A stretch of DNA of 64,000 nucleotides from Candidatus Nomurabacteria bacterium RIFCSPLOWO2_01_FULL_39_18 (lineage in GTDB: Bacteria; Patescibacteriota; Minisyncoccia; Phycocordibacterales; UBA9973), in NCBI GenBank assembly GCA_001787005.1, contig MFUV01000005.1, positions 2,764-66,763 on the forward strand. Direction: 5' to 3'. Shown here piece by piece: positions 18,711-27,869 of this stretch (the first letter of the stretch is position 1; every line of letters starts with the position of its first letter). The notes below the pieces were generated by a model that did not search any database, had not been told where the DNA came from, and saw only the letters and a program-made list of their open reading frames with translations. Position numbers and translations under genes: made by a program.

Positions 18711-19697
18711 ATGGATAAAGAAGAATTACAACAGAAAATAGCATTGTACTACTCAAAGCTTCCACCAAAAGCGCAAGCGGTTTTTTCCAGTATGAAATGG
18801 CTTGAGACTATAAAGAGCATAAGTGAAAAGTACGGCTTAAATGACAAACAGAAAGAGATACTCGGCACGGAAACAACTTTGGTGCTTTTGGGCATAATCG
18901 ATATAATCAAGTATGAAGAAATATTGATAGAAGAACTAGCATTATCGAAAGAGTCTGTAGATAAGATGCTTTCAGAAATAAACGATCTAATTATAAATAA
19001 TATACGACCCGAACTCATTGATGCATTCAACGCAAATAAAAATTCTCTAGAAAAAGAAAACCCAGAAATTGAACCAGTCTTAGACACACGTTTTGGGAAA
19101 TTATCACCGGATTTGGAAAAGATAATTGACGAATCCAATTATCAAGACATTCTCTATGGTATTGGCAAAGAGAAAAATTTCAGCGTTACGAAGATGGGAG
19201 CGCTTGAAAGAGCAACCACTGATCTAATAATGGGTACTATTCATCCAGATGAATTCGAGAATGTGCTAGAGAATAATTTAGAATTACCGCTAGAAAAAGT
19301 CAGAGAACTAGTAAATATTATCAACGAAAGAATTTTCAAAAAAATACGGGAAGAATTGATAAAGAATGTTGAGAGAAAAAAGATATTCGCGAACAAAAAA
19401 GCTGAAGAAAAACAGGATACGCAAGTATTGGGCGCCCACGGCATCGAGATTGTCGAGAATCCCCCCCTCCTTATCAAGGAGGGGGCGGGGGGTGGTAATT
19501 CAGAAGAGAACCACCCCGCCTCTGGCACCCCTCCTCAACAAGGAGGGGAAGAAACGCATCCCATATTAGCGCAAAAGTTATCCGGCCCTTATCAGGCTCC
19601 AGTAGTCAAGACGGACCACTCCTTGCAAAATCTTCAGCCTTCTTCTGAACAACAAAATAAGCCTGTAATTGATCCTTACCGCGAAATTCCGGAGTAG
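18711..19697 (+). CDS. Hypothetical protein (T4SS cluster) carrying a GC-rich palindromic insert near its C-terminus
   Basis: 328-aa ORF. The region 19461-19560 is GC-rich and palindromic (ccccctcc-ttatcaa-ggaggggg ...) and is translated in frame as PPLLIKEGAGGGNSEENHPASGTPPQQGGEE. Confidence 0.55.
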   Translation: MDKEELQQKIALYYSKLPPKAQAVFSSMKWLETIKSISEKYGLNDKQKEILGTETTLVLLGIIDIIKYEEILIEELALSKESVDKMLSEINDLIINNIRPELIDAFNANKNSLEKENPEIEPVLDTRFGKLSPDLEKIIDESNYQDILYGIGKEKNFSVTKMGALERATTDLIMGTIHPDEFENVLENNLELPLEKVRELVNIINERIFKKIREELIKNVERKKIFANKKAEEKQDTQVLGAHGIEIVENPPLLIKEGAGGGNSEENHPASGTPPQQGGEETHPILAQKLSGPYQAPVVKTDHSLQNLQPSSEQQNKPVIDPYREIPE

Positions 19698-19826
19698 AAT
19701 CATGCATCCCGTTAGAGATTAATTAGTTAAAAGTAATAAAAAAGTAAAAATATTATGATAAGTTTAAATAAATTATTAATGGTTATTAAAAGAACGGAAG
19801 TCTAGAGACTTCCTATCTCTAACGGG

Positions 19827-20258
19827 ATGCAATTCAAAGTTCCACAATTTTTAGATATAGAAGACAAAATTTTTGGCCCCTTTACTTTTAAGGAATTTAT
19901 TTACTTAGCAGGTGGAGCCGGTCTTTGTTTTGTGCTTTATAAACTGCTGGGTTTCTTCCTAGGCATTATCCCAATGCTTGCGATAGCTGGGCTCTCCTTA
20001 GCGCTTACTTTCTATCGACCAAACAATAAACCTTTCAGCAACATGATCGAAGCAGGATTCAACTATTTTACACAAGATAAACTTTATATTTGGAAGAGAC
20101 GTAAAAATAAAATCGACAAAAACAAGCCAGAAACGAATGGAGTGGAAGAAAGAGAAAGAGAAATGTTGGAAAATGCGGTGAGGCTGGGTAGAAATAAATT
20201 ACGGGATTTGGCTTGGAGTTTGGATGTGCTTGATTTAAGTAAACATCAAGGAAATTAA
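19827..20258 (+). CDS. Small membrane protein, VirB3/PrgI-like
   Basis: 143 aa with a hydrophobic hairpin (LAGGAGLCFVLYKLLGFFLGIIPMLAIAGLSLALTFY). Sits just upstream of the VirB4 ORFs. Its ATG directly abuts the right arm of an inverted repeat (19814-19829). Confidence 0.45.
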   Translation: MQFKVPQFLDIEDKIFGPFTFKEFIYLAGGAGLCFVLYKLLGFFLGIIPMLAIAGLSLALTFYRPNNKPFSNMIEAGFNYFTQDKLYIWKRRKNKIDKNKPETNGVEEREREMLENAVRLGRNKLRDLAWSLDVLDLSKHQGN

Positions 20259-20392
20259 CAATTAAAAATATGGTCCCGTTAGAAGTCGCGGTCGCAGTTT
20301 AAAAAATATAAATATGTTAATCAAAAAAATGAAAATTAATAGTATAATAAAGCTAAATTGCGATGAATTGACCGCGACCTGCTTCTAACGGG

Positions 20393-21040
20393 ATGGCATT
20401 AAAAGCAAAAGCAACTCAAGAGTTCGTACCGATAAAAGAAGTCCGCGATGGAGTGATCGTGCTCAAAGACGGCGGACTGCGAGCTATCATACTTGCTAAT
20501 TCAGTTAATTTATCCCTGAAGTCTGATGACGAACAGAAAGCAACAATAATTCAATTCCAAAGTTTTTTGAATACCCTCGACTTCGCTATTCAGATATCAG
20601 TGCAGTCCAGAAGGTTGGATATCAGGCCCTATCTTTTGCTTCTAGAAGACAGGATGAAAGTTCAAACTGAATCTTTGCTTAAACTGCAGACAAGAGAATA
20701 TATTGAATTCATTAGAAACTTCACCGAATCAGTAAGTATAATGACCAAAAGTTTCTTCGTGATAATACCCTACACTCACACAGTTTTAAAATCAGACTCC
20801 GGAATTTTCGGCGGAATATCAAAAATATTCAACAGAAAAAACAAAGAAGAGGTGAAAATAGCGAAACAAGAAGACTTTGAGGAAAAGAGGTCCCAGCTAG
20901 AAGAGCGGGTGGGGGTGATTAAACAAGGGCTTAATCGCTGTGGCATAAAGTCTGCCGAGCTCGGCACGGAAGAAATCGTGGAAGTATTTTATAAAGTTTT
21001 TAACCCCGGAGAAGTAGAGGGGAAAATTAAGCTGGAATAA
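20393..21040 (+). CDS. VirB4/TrbE N-terminal domain (CagE_TrbE_VirB-like) encoded as a separate ORF
   Basis: VPIKEVRDGVIVLKDGGLRAIILANSVNLSLKSDDEQKATIIQFQSFLNTL.. resembles the N-terminal domain of VirB4. It ends 7 nt before the ATPase ORF, in a different frame. Confidence 0.55.
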   Translation: MALKAKATQEFVPIKEVRDGVIVLKDGGLRAIILANSVNLSLKSDDEQKATIIQFQSFLNTLDFAIQISVQSRRLDIRPYLLLLEDRMKVQTESLLKLQTREYIEFIRNFTESVSIMTKSFFVIIPYTHTVLKSDSGIFGGISKIFNRKNKEEVKIAKQEDFEEKRSQLEERVGVIKQGLNRCGIKSAELGTEEIVEVFYKVFNPGEVEGKIKLE

Positions 21041-21047
21041 AAATATT

Positions 21048-22901
21048 ATGGGAATTTTTGATAAATTATTAAATAGGAAAAAAGATAGCTCAGCTTTGAG
21101 TAATACAAATGCTTCACTCTTGGCTGTGCTTCCAGAAGAAATATATGAAGCGGCCAATCTGGAGCTTCAGGATATCATCGCGCCATCAGCGTTAAAGATT
21201 GAATCAAAGTCAATAAACTTGGGCGATAAAATCGCTCGTACTTTTTTCATAATATCTTACCCGAGGTTTTTGACCGACAATTGGTTTTCTCCAATAATCA
21301 ACCTAGATAAAGTTTTTGATATTTCAATTTTCATTCATCCGATAGACACATCATTGATGTTACGACAATTCCAGAAAAAGGTCGCTGAAGTGCAAAGCCA
21401 GATAAATGTGCGCGAGTCAAAAGGCATGGTGCGCGACCCAATGCTCGACACCGCCTATCAAGACCTAGAAGGGCTCCGTGATAATCTGATACAAGCGCAG
21501 GAAAAGATGTTTGATGTGGGTATCTACATTACAATTTACGCCGACAATGATCTGGAGCTTTTCAAAATTGAAAATGAGATAAAATCAATCCTCGAATCAA
21601 GATTGATCTATATCAAACCAGCGCTCTTCCAGCAAGAAGAAGGTTTCAAAAGCGTTATCCCGACAAATACTGATCTTTTAAATATTCATCAAAAATTAAA
21701 TTCGGAGCCACTCTCAAGTATTTTTCCTTTTATTTCTTTTGACCTGACTTCCGACAGAGGCATTCTCTACGGCATTAACAGGCACAACTCAAGTTTAGTC
21801 ATTTTTGATCGTTTTTCGCTGGAGAATTACAACTCAGTGACCTTCGCCAAATCCGGTTCAGGAAAATCTTATGCCACAAAGCTGGAAATTCTGAGATCCC
21901 TGATGTTTGACATTGAGGTTATGGTGATAGACCCAGAGCGAGAATACGAATTCCTAGCTGAAGCGGTTGGCGGAAGATATTTTAATATTTCTCTTTCTTC
22001 AGACCACCATATGAACCCTTTTGATCTACCCATGCCACGAGAAGATGAGACAGCCGAAGATGTTTTGCGCAGTAATATTATTAATTTAGTCGGACTTTTC
22101 CGATTAATGTTGGGCGGACTGACGCCAGAAGAAGATTCAATGGTTGATCGAGCTATTTCAGAAACTTACGCGATAAAAGATATCACCCCAGAAGCGGATT
22201 TCTCAAATATCGAGCCCCCGCTTCTTTCGGACTTCGAAATGGTTCTGGGCGGGATGGACGGCAGTGATTCGCTCGTGGCTCGCTTGGCAAAATACACCAA
22301 GGGTTCATGGGCAACATTTTTAAACAGACCTTCGAACGTGGACATTGATAAAAAATTTGTCGTATTTTCTATTCGTGATATGGAAGACGAACTGAAGCCT
22401 GTGGCAATGTATATCGTCATGCATTATATCTGGAACTCAATCCGTAAAAATTTAAAGAAGCGTCTGCTCGTGGTGGATGAAGCCTGGTGGATGATGAAGT
22501 CCGAAGATACCGCGTCATTTCTCTATTCCATCGCCAAACGGGGCAGAAAATATTATCTTGGGCTCGCAACCATTACTCAAGATGCGGCAGATTTCATGAA
22601 ATCTTCCTACGGCGTGCCAATCATTACCAACTCTTCTATCCAGCTTCTCTTGAAACAATCTCCCACTACGATGGATATTTTACAGCAAACATTCAACCTT
22701 ACTGATGAGGAAAAATATTTGCTTCTAGAGTCTGGGGTGGGAGAGGGAATATTTTTCGCGGGGCTGAAGCATGTCGCTATAAAAATTATTTCTTCTTATA
22801 CAGAAGATCAGATTATCACTTCTGATCCTTCACAAATATTATCAAATAGAAAAGCCAAAGAAGAGCATGAGGCCCTGGAGCTGGCGGGAGACAAATTATA
22901 A
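21048..22901 (+). CDS. VirB4-like type IV secretion ATPase (AAA-like domain)
   Basis: Walker A FAKSGSGKSY. Walker B/DE LLVVDEAWWMM. 617 aa. Combined with the preceding ORF it is about 830 aa, the size of a full VirB4. Confidence 0.85.
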   Translation: MGIFDKLLNRKKDSSALSNTNASLLAVLPEEIYEAANLELQDIIAPSALKIESKSINLGDKIARTFFIISYPRFLTDNWFSPIINLDKVFDISIFIHPIDTSLMLRQFQKKVAEVQSQINVRESKGMVRDPMLDTAYQDLEGLRDNLIQAQEKMFDVGIYITIYADNDLELFKIENEIKSILESRLIYIKPALFQQEEGFKSVIPTNTDLLNIHQKLNSEPLSSIFPFISFDLTSDRGILYGINRHNSSLVIFDRFSLENYNSVTFAKSGSGKSYATKLEILRSLMFDIEVMVIDPEREYEFLAEAVGGRYFNISLSSDHHMNPFDLPMPREDETAEDVLRSNIINLVGLFRLMLGGLTPEEDSMVDRAISETYAIKDITPEADFSNIEPPLLSDFEMVLGGMDGSDSLVARLAKYTKGSWATFLNRPSNVDIDKKFVVFSIRDMEDELKPVAMYIVMHYIWNSIRKNLKKRLLVVDEAWWMMKSEDTASFLYSIAKRGRKYYLGLATITQDAADFMKSSYGVPIITNSSIQLLLKQSPTTMDILQQTFNLTDEEKYLLLESGVGEGIFFAGLKHVAIKIISSYTEDQIITSDPSQILSNRKAKEEHEALELAGDKL

Positions 22902-22928
22902 AGCAAGGATAAATGGTATAATCGAATT

Positions 22929-23918
22929 ATGAAATTAAAATTTTTATTACTATCTTTGATCACTATGCTTGTAATATTTATGGTGATTTCTGCGTCGGGG
23001 GTAAATGCCGCCTCATCTAGTAGCATTTCGGTTGATATGATACCTTCTAGCCCGGCTCCAGGCGAGAATGTAAGCATTACTTTGAGCAGTTACGCCAATA
23101 ATCTAGATAGTGTTTTAATAACCTGGTCTCTTGATGGAAGAACCGTTTCATCTGGGATTGGCAAAAAATCATTTTCTCTGACGGCTCCAGGCGCTGGCTC
23201 TGAAGTTGTCGTTACAGCCATTATCTCCCTGCCAGAAGGTAGTGTGGAGAAAAGAATGATAATAAGATCAAGCCTAATGGTGCTACTCTGGCAGGCGAAT
23301 GATTCTTATGTCCCGCCTTTTTATAAAGGCAAGGCAATGCCCTCCGTAGGTAGTGAGATAAAAGTGGTAGCCATGCCAGAAATAAAAGTTGGTTCGGACG
23401 GGACGGTTAACCCCAAAAGCATGACCTATTCTTGGAAAGAAGATGACACCAACAACGTAGAGGGTTCGGGTTATGGCAAAAATTCTTTTGTTTTTATAAA
23501 TGATTATTTAGAGGATTCTAACAATATAGGAGTAACGGCATCGACCATAGACCAGACATATTCATCTGAAGCCAGCATAAATGTGGGAATAGTAGAACCG
23601 AAAATATTATTTTATAAATATGATAATAGCCTCGGGATATTATGGGAGAAAATACTCCCTGACTTCCACAGAATACAAGATACAGAGATAGTGGAAGCGA
23701 CGCCTTACTTTATTTCACCGAAAGATATCCGAAATCCAACATTGATATGGAGTTGGTTTATTAATGACACGCAAATAAATACTCCAATTTTTAGGAAAAA
23801 TGTAATGCCTCTCCGGGTAGAGAGTGGAACTTCCGGGATATCACGACTGCGACTTCGAATTGAGAATCAATACAAAATTTTCCAGACAACAGATGGGGAA
23901 ATAGATTTAGAATTTTGA
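22929..23918 (+). CDS. Secreted hypothetical protein (signal peptide)
   Basis: MKLKFLLLSLITMLVIFMVISASGVNA signal peptide, then a Ser/Thr/Val-rich region suggesting beta-rich structure. Confidence 0.55.
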   Translation: MKLKFLLLSLITMLVIFMVISASGVNAASSSSISVDMIPSSPAPGENVSITLSSYANNLDSVLITWSLDGRTVSSGIGKKSFSLTAPGAGSEVVVTAIISLPEGSVEKRMIIRSSLMVLLWQANDSYVPPFYKGKAMPSVGSEIKVVAMPEIKVGSDGTVNPKSMTYSWKEDDTNNVEGSGYGKNSFVFINDYLEDSNNIGVTASTIDQTYSSEASINVGIVEPKILFYKYDNSLGILWEKILPDFHRIQDTEIVEATPYFISPKDIRNPTLIWSWFINDTQINTPIFRKNVMPLRVESGTSGISRLRLRIENQYKIFQTTDGEIDLEF

Positions 23919-23996
23919 GTGAAATTTAATGAGTGAAATGAATATAAATTTCCTCATCCCGTACTAAATTTTAGATTAAATGATATTAAAATAAAA

Positions 23997-25049
23997 ATGA
24001 TTATAAAAGATGAAAATAAATTAAGATTGAGAACTACAAGTAAAATTTTAGTACTGGGATTTATTTTTATACTCATAGGATTTTTTAGTCCGAGTCTAGA
24101 TGTAAACGCTGTGGAACAATACGGAACTTGTAATTGGGTTGAAGCTGAACAGAAAAGGAAGGAAGAAAATTATCTACAAGCAAATTGTTTAGCAAAGGGC
24201 AATACCGCAACTTGGGTAGGTTACTACTATCCCTTGGCTCCATTGCCTGGCTTGGGGAACAGGGAAGATGGAGGAATTGACACCGCGCAAATAGACAGCA
24301 CCGGAAAAAGCATTGCCTTGGGTGCATACCTAAACACAATGATAAAAATAATCATCGGAATTGCCGCAATTTTGTCTGTGGTTATGATTGTGATAGGGGG
24401 GATAGAATACATGACCTCTGAATTAATATCTAGTAAGGAAGCGGGTAAAGAAACAATAAAGAACGCGCTCTTCGGACTTCTGGTAGCTCTTGGCGCTTAT
24501 GCGCTTTTGAATACAATAAATCCGGACTTGCTGAAATCCGACCTAGACGTCCCAGGTGTGACTGTCACAGTAGATCTTGAAGCTGATGTCCCACAGACTT
24601 ATGACCCAGCAACCAGAAAATATGCCAATGGAGCTCTCTTTAACGCGCCATGGAATGACACAGTTGGGGGAATTACCCCAGCATGTACAACAGAAACTGG
24701 TACAGGATGTTTGCCAAGATCAGTTACTGCAAAACAACCAGAATGTTCTACTATTGGTCAACAAAATTGCACTTCAACAAGAGGTCTAAATACTAGTAAT
24801 TTGAGAACAATACAATATGGTTGTGGATGTAACGTATTAATCACTGGTGGAACAGAATGGTGGCTACACGGCGGGCGAAGTGGAAGTACGACCCATCAGT
24901 CTGGAAGTACGACCGTCGACCTTAGAACAACACCTGAATTGACTAGATATCTAATGGGTGGGACAACAGCTCCGGTCGCAGGACGAAGATACCCAACACC
25001 AGTTGGATCGGCATTGTTTGAAGGAAATCATTGGCACATTGGTCCATAA
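23997..25049 (+). CDS. VirB2/TrbC-pilin-like domain (two adjacent hydrophobic helices) fused to a Cys-rich extracellular C-terminal domain
   Basis: Helices KIIIGIAAILSVVMIVIGGIEYM and ALFGLLVALGAYALLNTINP, separated by a short polar loop, as in T4SS pilins. The C-terminal 150 aa have 8 Cys. Confidence 0.45.
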   Translation: MIIKDENKLRLRTTSKILVLGFIFILIGFFSPSLDVNAVEQYGTCNWVEAEQKRKEENYLQANCLAKGNTATWVGYYYPLAPLPGLGNREDGGIDTAQIDSTGKSIALGAYLNTMIKIIIGIAAILSVVMIVIGGIEYMTSELISSKEAGKETIKNALFGLLVALGAYALLNTINPDLLKSDLDVPGVTVTVDLEADVPQTYDPATRKYANGALFNAPWNDTVGGITPACTTETGTGCLPRSVTAKQPECSTIGQQNCTSTRGLNTSNLRTIQYGCGCNVLITGGTEWWLHGGRSGSTTHQSGSTTVDLRTTPELTRYLMGGTTAPVAGRRYPTPVGSALFEGNHWHIGP

Positions 25050-25130
25050 AATAATTTTACTTGTCCCGTACTAAATTTTTGATTACGGGGTATAATGATA
25101 AAAATTAATAAATAAAATTTTAGTATCGGG

Positions 25131-26495
25131 ATGTCAAAAAGAAACTTCACACTTTTAATAATAATTTTAATTCTAGGAACAGTCGGGTTTTTTGTATTTC
25201 TATATTCTCGTGGAGAGACACCTAGAGGAGAGGGAGGCGAGGGCACTAATTTCATCGCAAGGTTTAATCCATTCAGCAACAAAAAACCAGCGCCGGAAGA
25301 CACAGGGCCCACAGAGGATACCTCTTCACCTATAGAAGATCCTGAAGAAAAAATGCTGGAAGTAGAACTAAAAAAAGTTTCAAGTATGGAAATCGCTGGG
25401 TTTGGAGTATTTACGAAAGAAAGATTGAAAGAGATGAACCCCTCTCCAGCCCTCCCCTTGTCAGGGGAGGAAGAGAATCCTGCCCCCCCTGCTAAGGGGG
25501 GTTCGGGGAGTCTGAAACCCACACCGCCACCGACTGAATTTGCAACAGCAGTAAGATATGTGGCGAGAGCTACTGGGAACATTTATCAGACTTTCGCAGA
25601 CAAAATAATTGAGCGAAAGTTTTCTGGAACATTAATACCTAAAGTATACGAAGCGCATTTCGGCAATCATGGGGGATCTGTGGTGATGCGATACTTAAAG
25701 GGGGATGAAAAGACCATAGAAACTTTTTTCAGTGTCCTCCCGAAAGAATATTTGGGCGGTGATGCAACGGAAAACAATGAGATAAAAGGATCATTCTTAC
25801 CTAATAACATAAAAGATATAAGCCTTTCATCTGATACTTCTAAAATATTCTACCTTTTTGAGAGTGAAAGTAATTTAGGAGAAAGCATCATAGGCACAAC
25901 CTTGAGCTTGTTGGACAATAAAAAGGTTCAGATATTTGATTCTCCTTTTACGGAATGGCTGTCATCCTGGCCAAATAATAAAATTATCACCCTTTCCACT
26001 AAGCCTTCTGCGAACACTCCAGGATACATGTACAGCATTGATGGAGTTGGTAAAAACTTAACTAAAATCTTGGGTGATATAAATGGATTAACTACGCTCA
26101 CAAGTCCGGACGGAAAGTTGGTTCTTTACAGTGATAATAATCTAACTTCATATATTTACCATACGGATACTAAAAGTTCGGATTTATTGGGGATAAAAAC
26201 TCTGCCAGAAAAATGTGTCTGGGGGGGCGGGAGTGATATTTTTTACTGCGCTGTACCGAAATTAATTGGCGCTAGCCAATATCCAGATACTTGGTACCAG
26301 GGAGAAGAGTCATTTTCTGACCAAATTTGGAAAATAGATGTTGAAACAGGAAATGCCACCATGATCGAAGACCCGATCATGGCTCTGGGGGGAGAGGATG
26401 TTGATGGCATTAAGCTTGCTTTAGACGAAGGAGAGAGTTATCTATTTTTTGTAAACAAAAAAGATTCTTTTTTGTGGGAACTAAAGCTGAAATAA
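25131..26495 (+). CDS. Membrane-anchored protein with TolB-like beta-propeller repeats; hypothetical
   Basis: N-terminal TM helix LLIIILILGTVGFFVFLY. A GC-rich in-frame insert at 25452-25510. Repeats such as SPDGKLVLYSDNN. Confidence 0.55.
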   Translation: MSKRNFTLLIIILILGTVGFFVFLYSRGETPRGEGGEGTNFIARFNPFSNKKPAPEDTGPTEDTSSPIEDPEEKMLEVELKKVSSMEIAGFGVFTKERLKEMNPSPALPLSGEEENPAPPAKGGSGSLKPTPPPTEFATAVRYVARATGNIYQTFADKIIERKFSGTLIPKVYEAHFGNHGGSVVMRYLKGDEKTIETFFSVLPKEYLGGDATENNEIKGSFLPNNIKDISLSSDTSKIFYLFESESNLGESIIGTTLSLLDNKKVQIFDSPFTEWLSSWPNNKIITLSTKPSANTPGYMYSIDGVGKNLTKILGDINGLTTLTSPDGKLVLYSDNNLTSYIYHTDTKSSDLLGIKTLPEKCVWGGGSDIFYCAVPKLIGASQYPDTWYQGEESFSDQIWKIDVETGNATMIEDPIMALGGEDVDGIKLALDEGESYLFFVNKKDSFLWELKLK

Positions 26496-26578
26496 ATCAC
26501 CACCCCTGACCCCTCCTCGAAAAGGAGGGGAGGTCCCCTCTCCCCCTGCGAAGGGGGAGAGCTTGAAAGGCGAGGGGG
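26496..26578. terminator. Pair of GC-rich hairpins between convergent genes (cccctcc-tcgaaaa-ggagggg and ctctccccc-tgcgaa-gggggagag)
   Basis: Perfect 7- and 9-bp G/C stems immediately after the stop codons of 25131..26495(+) and jag(-). They belong to the same GC-rich palindrome family found inside genes. Confidence 0.5.
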
Positions 26579-27073
26579 TTAGATAGCGCCAATGTATTTG
26601 ATCACTACTCGGCGAGACGGTCCGAAACCAACTGATTCAGTTTTTAGATCCGTGGCATCGGACAAAAATTCATGTACCACCCGTCGTTCGAAAGCTGACA
26701 TCGGATCCACTTCTATGTTTGATTTGAAATAGCGCGCTCGCTCCGACATCATATGTGCCACGGCACGAACATTATCAACACGTTTCTTTTGGAAACCATT
26801 AATGTCAATTAGAATTTCTGGCCACATGTCGGACTTGTGGGAATCCCACAAGTCCGACATGTGGTCTCTCTTGGCTTCAATCATTCTGCGAGCAAGATGG
26901 TTTAAGGCATTGAGCGCTTCACCATCGCGAGAGATGAAAAGATGCGGTTCATTTACCTCAACTGAAAACCATGTATTAGTACCATTGTCTTCAGTAATGG
27001 TAATTTTGTTGAGCATCGTTCCAGTTTTCTCAATCAATTCTTTTATTAAATTTTGTATTGTTTCCTTGTCCAT
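26579..27073 (-). CDS. jag: Jag/KhpB RNA-binding protein (KH + R3H domains)
   Basis: R3H motif RRVVHEFLSD. Position immediately downstream of yidC in the conserved rnpA-yidC-jag arrangement. Confidence 0.85.
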   Translation of the reverse strand: MDKETIQNLIKELIEKTGTMLNKITITEDNGTNTWFSVEVNEPHLFISRDGEALNALNHLARRMIEAKRDHMSDLWDSHKSDMWPEILIDINGFQKKRVDNVRAVAHMMSERARYFKSNIEVDPMSAFERRVVHEFLSDATDLKTESVGFGPSRRVVIKYIGAI

Positions 27074-27077
27074 AAGA

Positions 27078-27815
27078 TTATTTTACTATCATTGTCGTTT
27101 CCTTTTTCTTTCTACTCACATAAATCTGCTGACCTACTGTAAATATATTATTCGTAATCCAGTATAAAGCGATAGCTCCGGAAATAGTGTAAGAAATAAA
27201 AACCACAACAAATGGAAAAATATATTTCATCTGCATGTTCATGCTTTTACTAAAACTCTCCCCGAAAGAAGGGGTGGAAGAAGTAGTGGGAGGAGGAGAG
27301 GGTGGTTTGGGCATGAAGTGGGCCTGTAAGTATTGAGATACACCGGCTAAAATTGCCAAAACAAAACTCTTTTGACTTATATCAAGAACTCCCAAGAAAA
27401 GCATGTTGATCTTTTCTGGGACATGAACGAAGGAATAAAGCAACCCTCCTTGGAAATCTATCCCTTTCAAAAAAACATAGTACAGCGCGAAAATGATTGG
27501 AATTTGAATCAAAACCAAAAGACACCCGGAAAATGGATTAGTTTTGTGTTGCTTGTAAAGTTCGAAGGTCCTCCGTGCTTGTTCTTCTTTAGAGACCCCG
27601 CTACTTTTTATCTTATTTAATTCTGGGGCAAGCACATTCATGGCGGCCTGGCTTTCGATAGATTTCTGCGAAAGAGGGAAAAGGATAATTTTGACAATAA
27701 TAGTCAGAATAATGACAGCGATACCCACATCTCCTCCGGGGACAATAGAGACTAAAAAAGCCAGAGCATTCAATAATGGCTTATATAAAAGAAAATTCCA
27801 TAAATTTGAGAGCAT
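27078..27815 (-). CDS. yidC: Membrane protein insertase YidC (short, Oxa1-like form)
   Basis: MLSNLWNFLLYKPLLNALAFL...IVKIILFPLSQKSIESQAAM..., 5 TM segments. A GC-rich loop insert at 27235-27310 is translated as PPSPPPTTSSTPSFGE. Confidence 0.9.
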   Translation of the reverse strand: MLSNLWNFLLYKPLLNALAFLVSIVPGGDVGIAVIILTIIVKIILFPLSQKSIESQAAMNVLAPELNKIKSSGVSKEEQARRTFELYKQHKTNPFSGCLLVLIQIPIIFALYYVFLKGIDFQGGLLYSFVHVPEKINMLFLGVLDISQKSFVLAILAGVSQYLQAHFMPKPPSPPPTTSSTPSFGESFSKSMNMQMKYIFPFVVVFISYTISGAIALYWITNNIFTVGQQIYVSRKKKETTMIVK

Positions 27816-27869
27816 TGTTTCATTCTATACGAAAAGAGCTGAAAATCAAAATTTTGCTATAATTAAGAT

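Noticed and set aside
20393-22901. Calling VirB4 a definite frameshifted pseudogene
   Set aside because: The two ORFs are in different frames with only a 7-nt gap and a G4A4 run nearby. However, split VirB4-like genes also exist naturally. Without read evidence, both interpretations remain open.
25028-25582. 184-aa ORF on the minus strand overlapping the start of the 25131 gene
   Set aside because: It is antisense to a better-supported gene and spans the GC-rich palindromic insert, which explains its Gly/Pro-rich translation. It has no motif.
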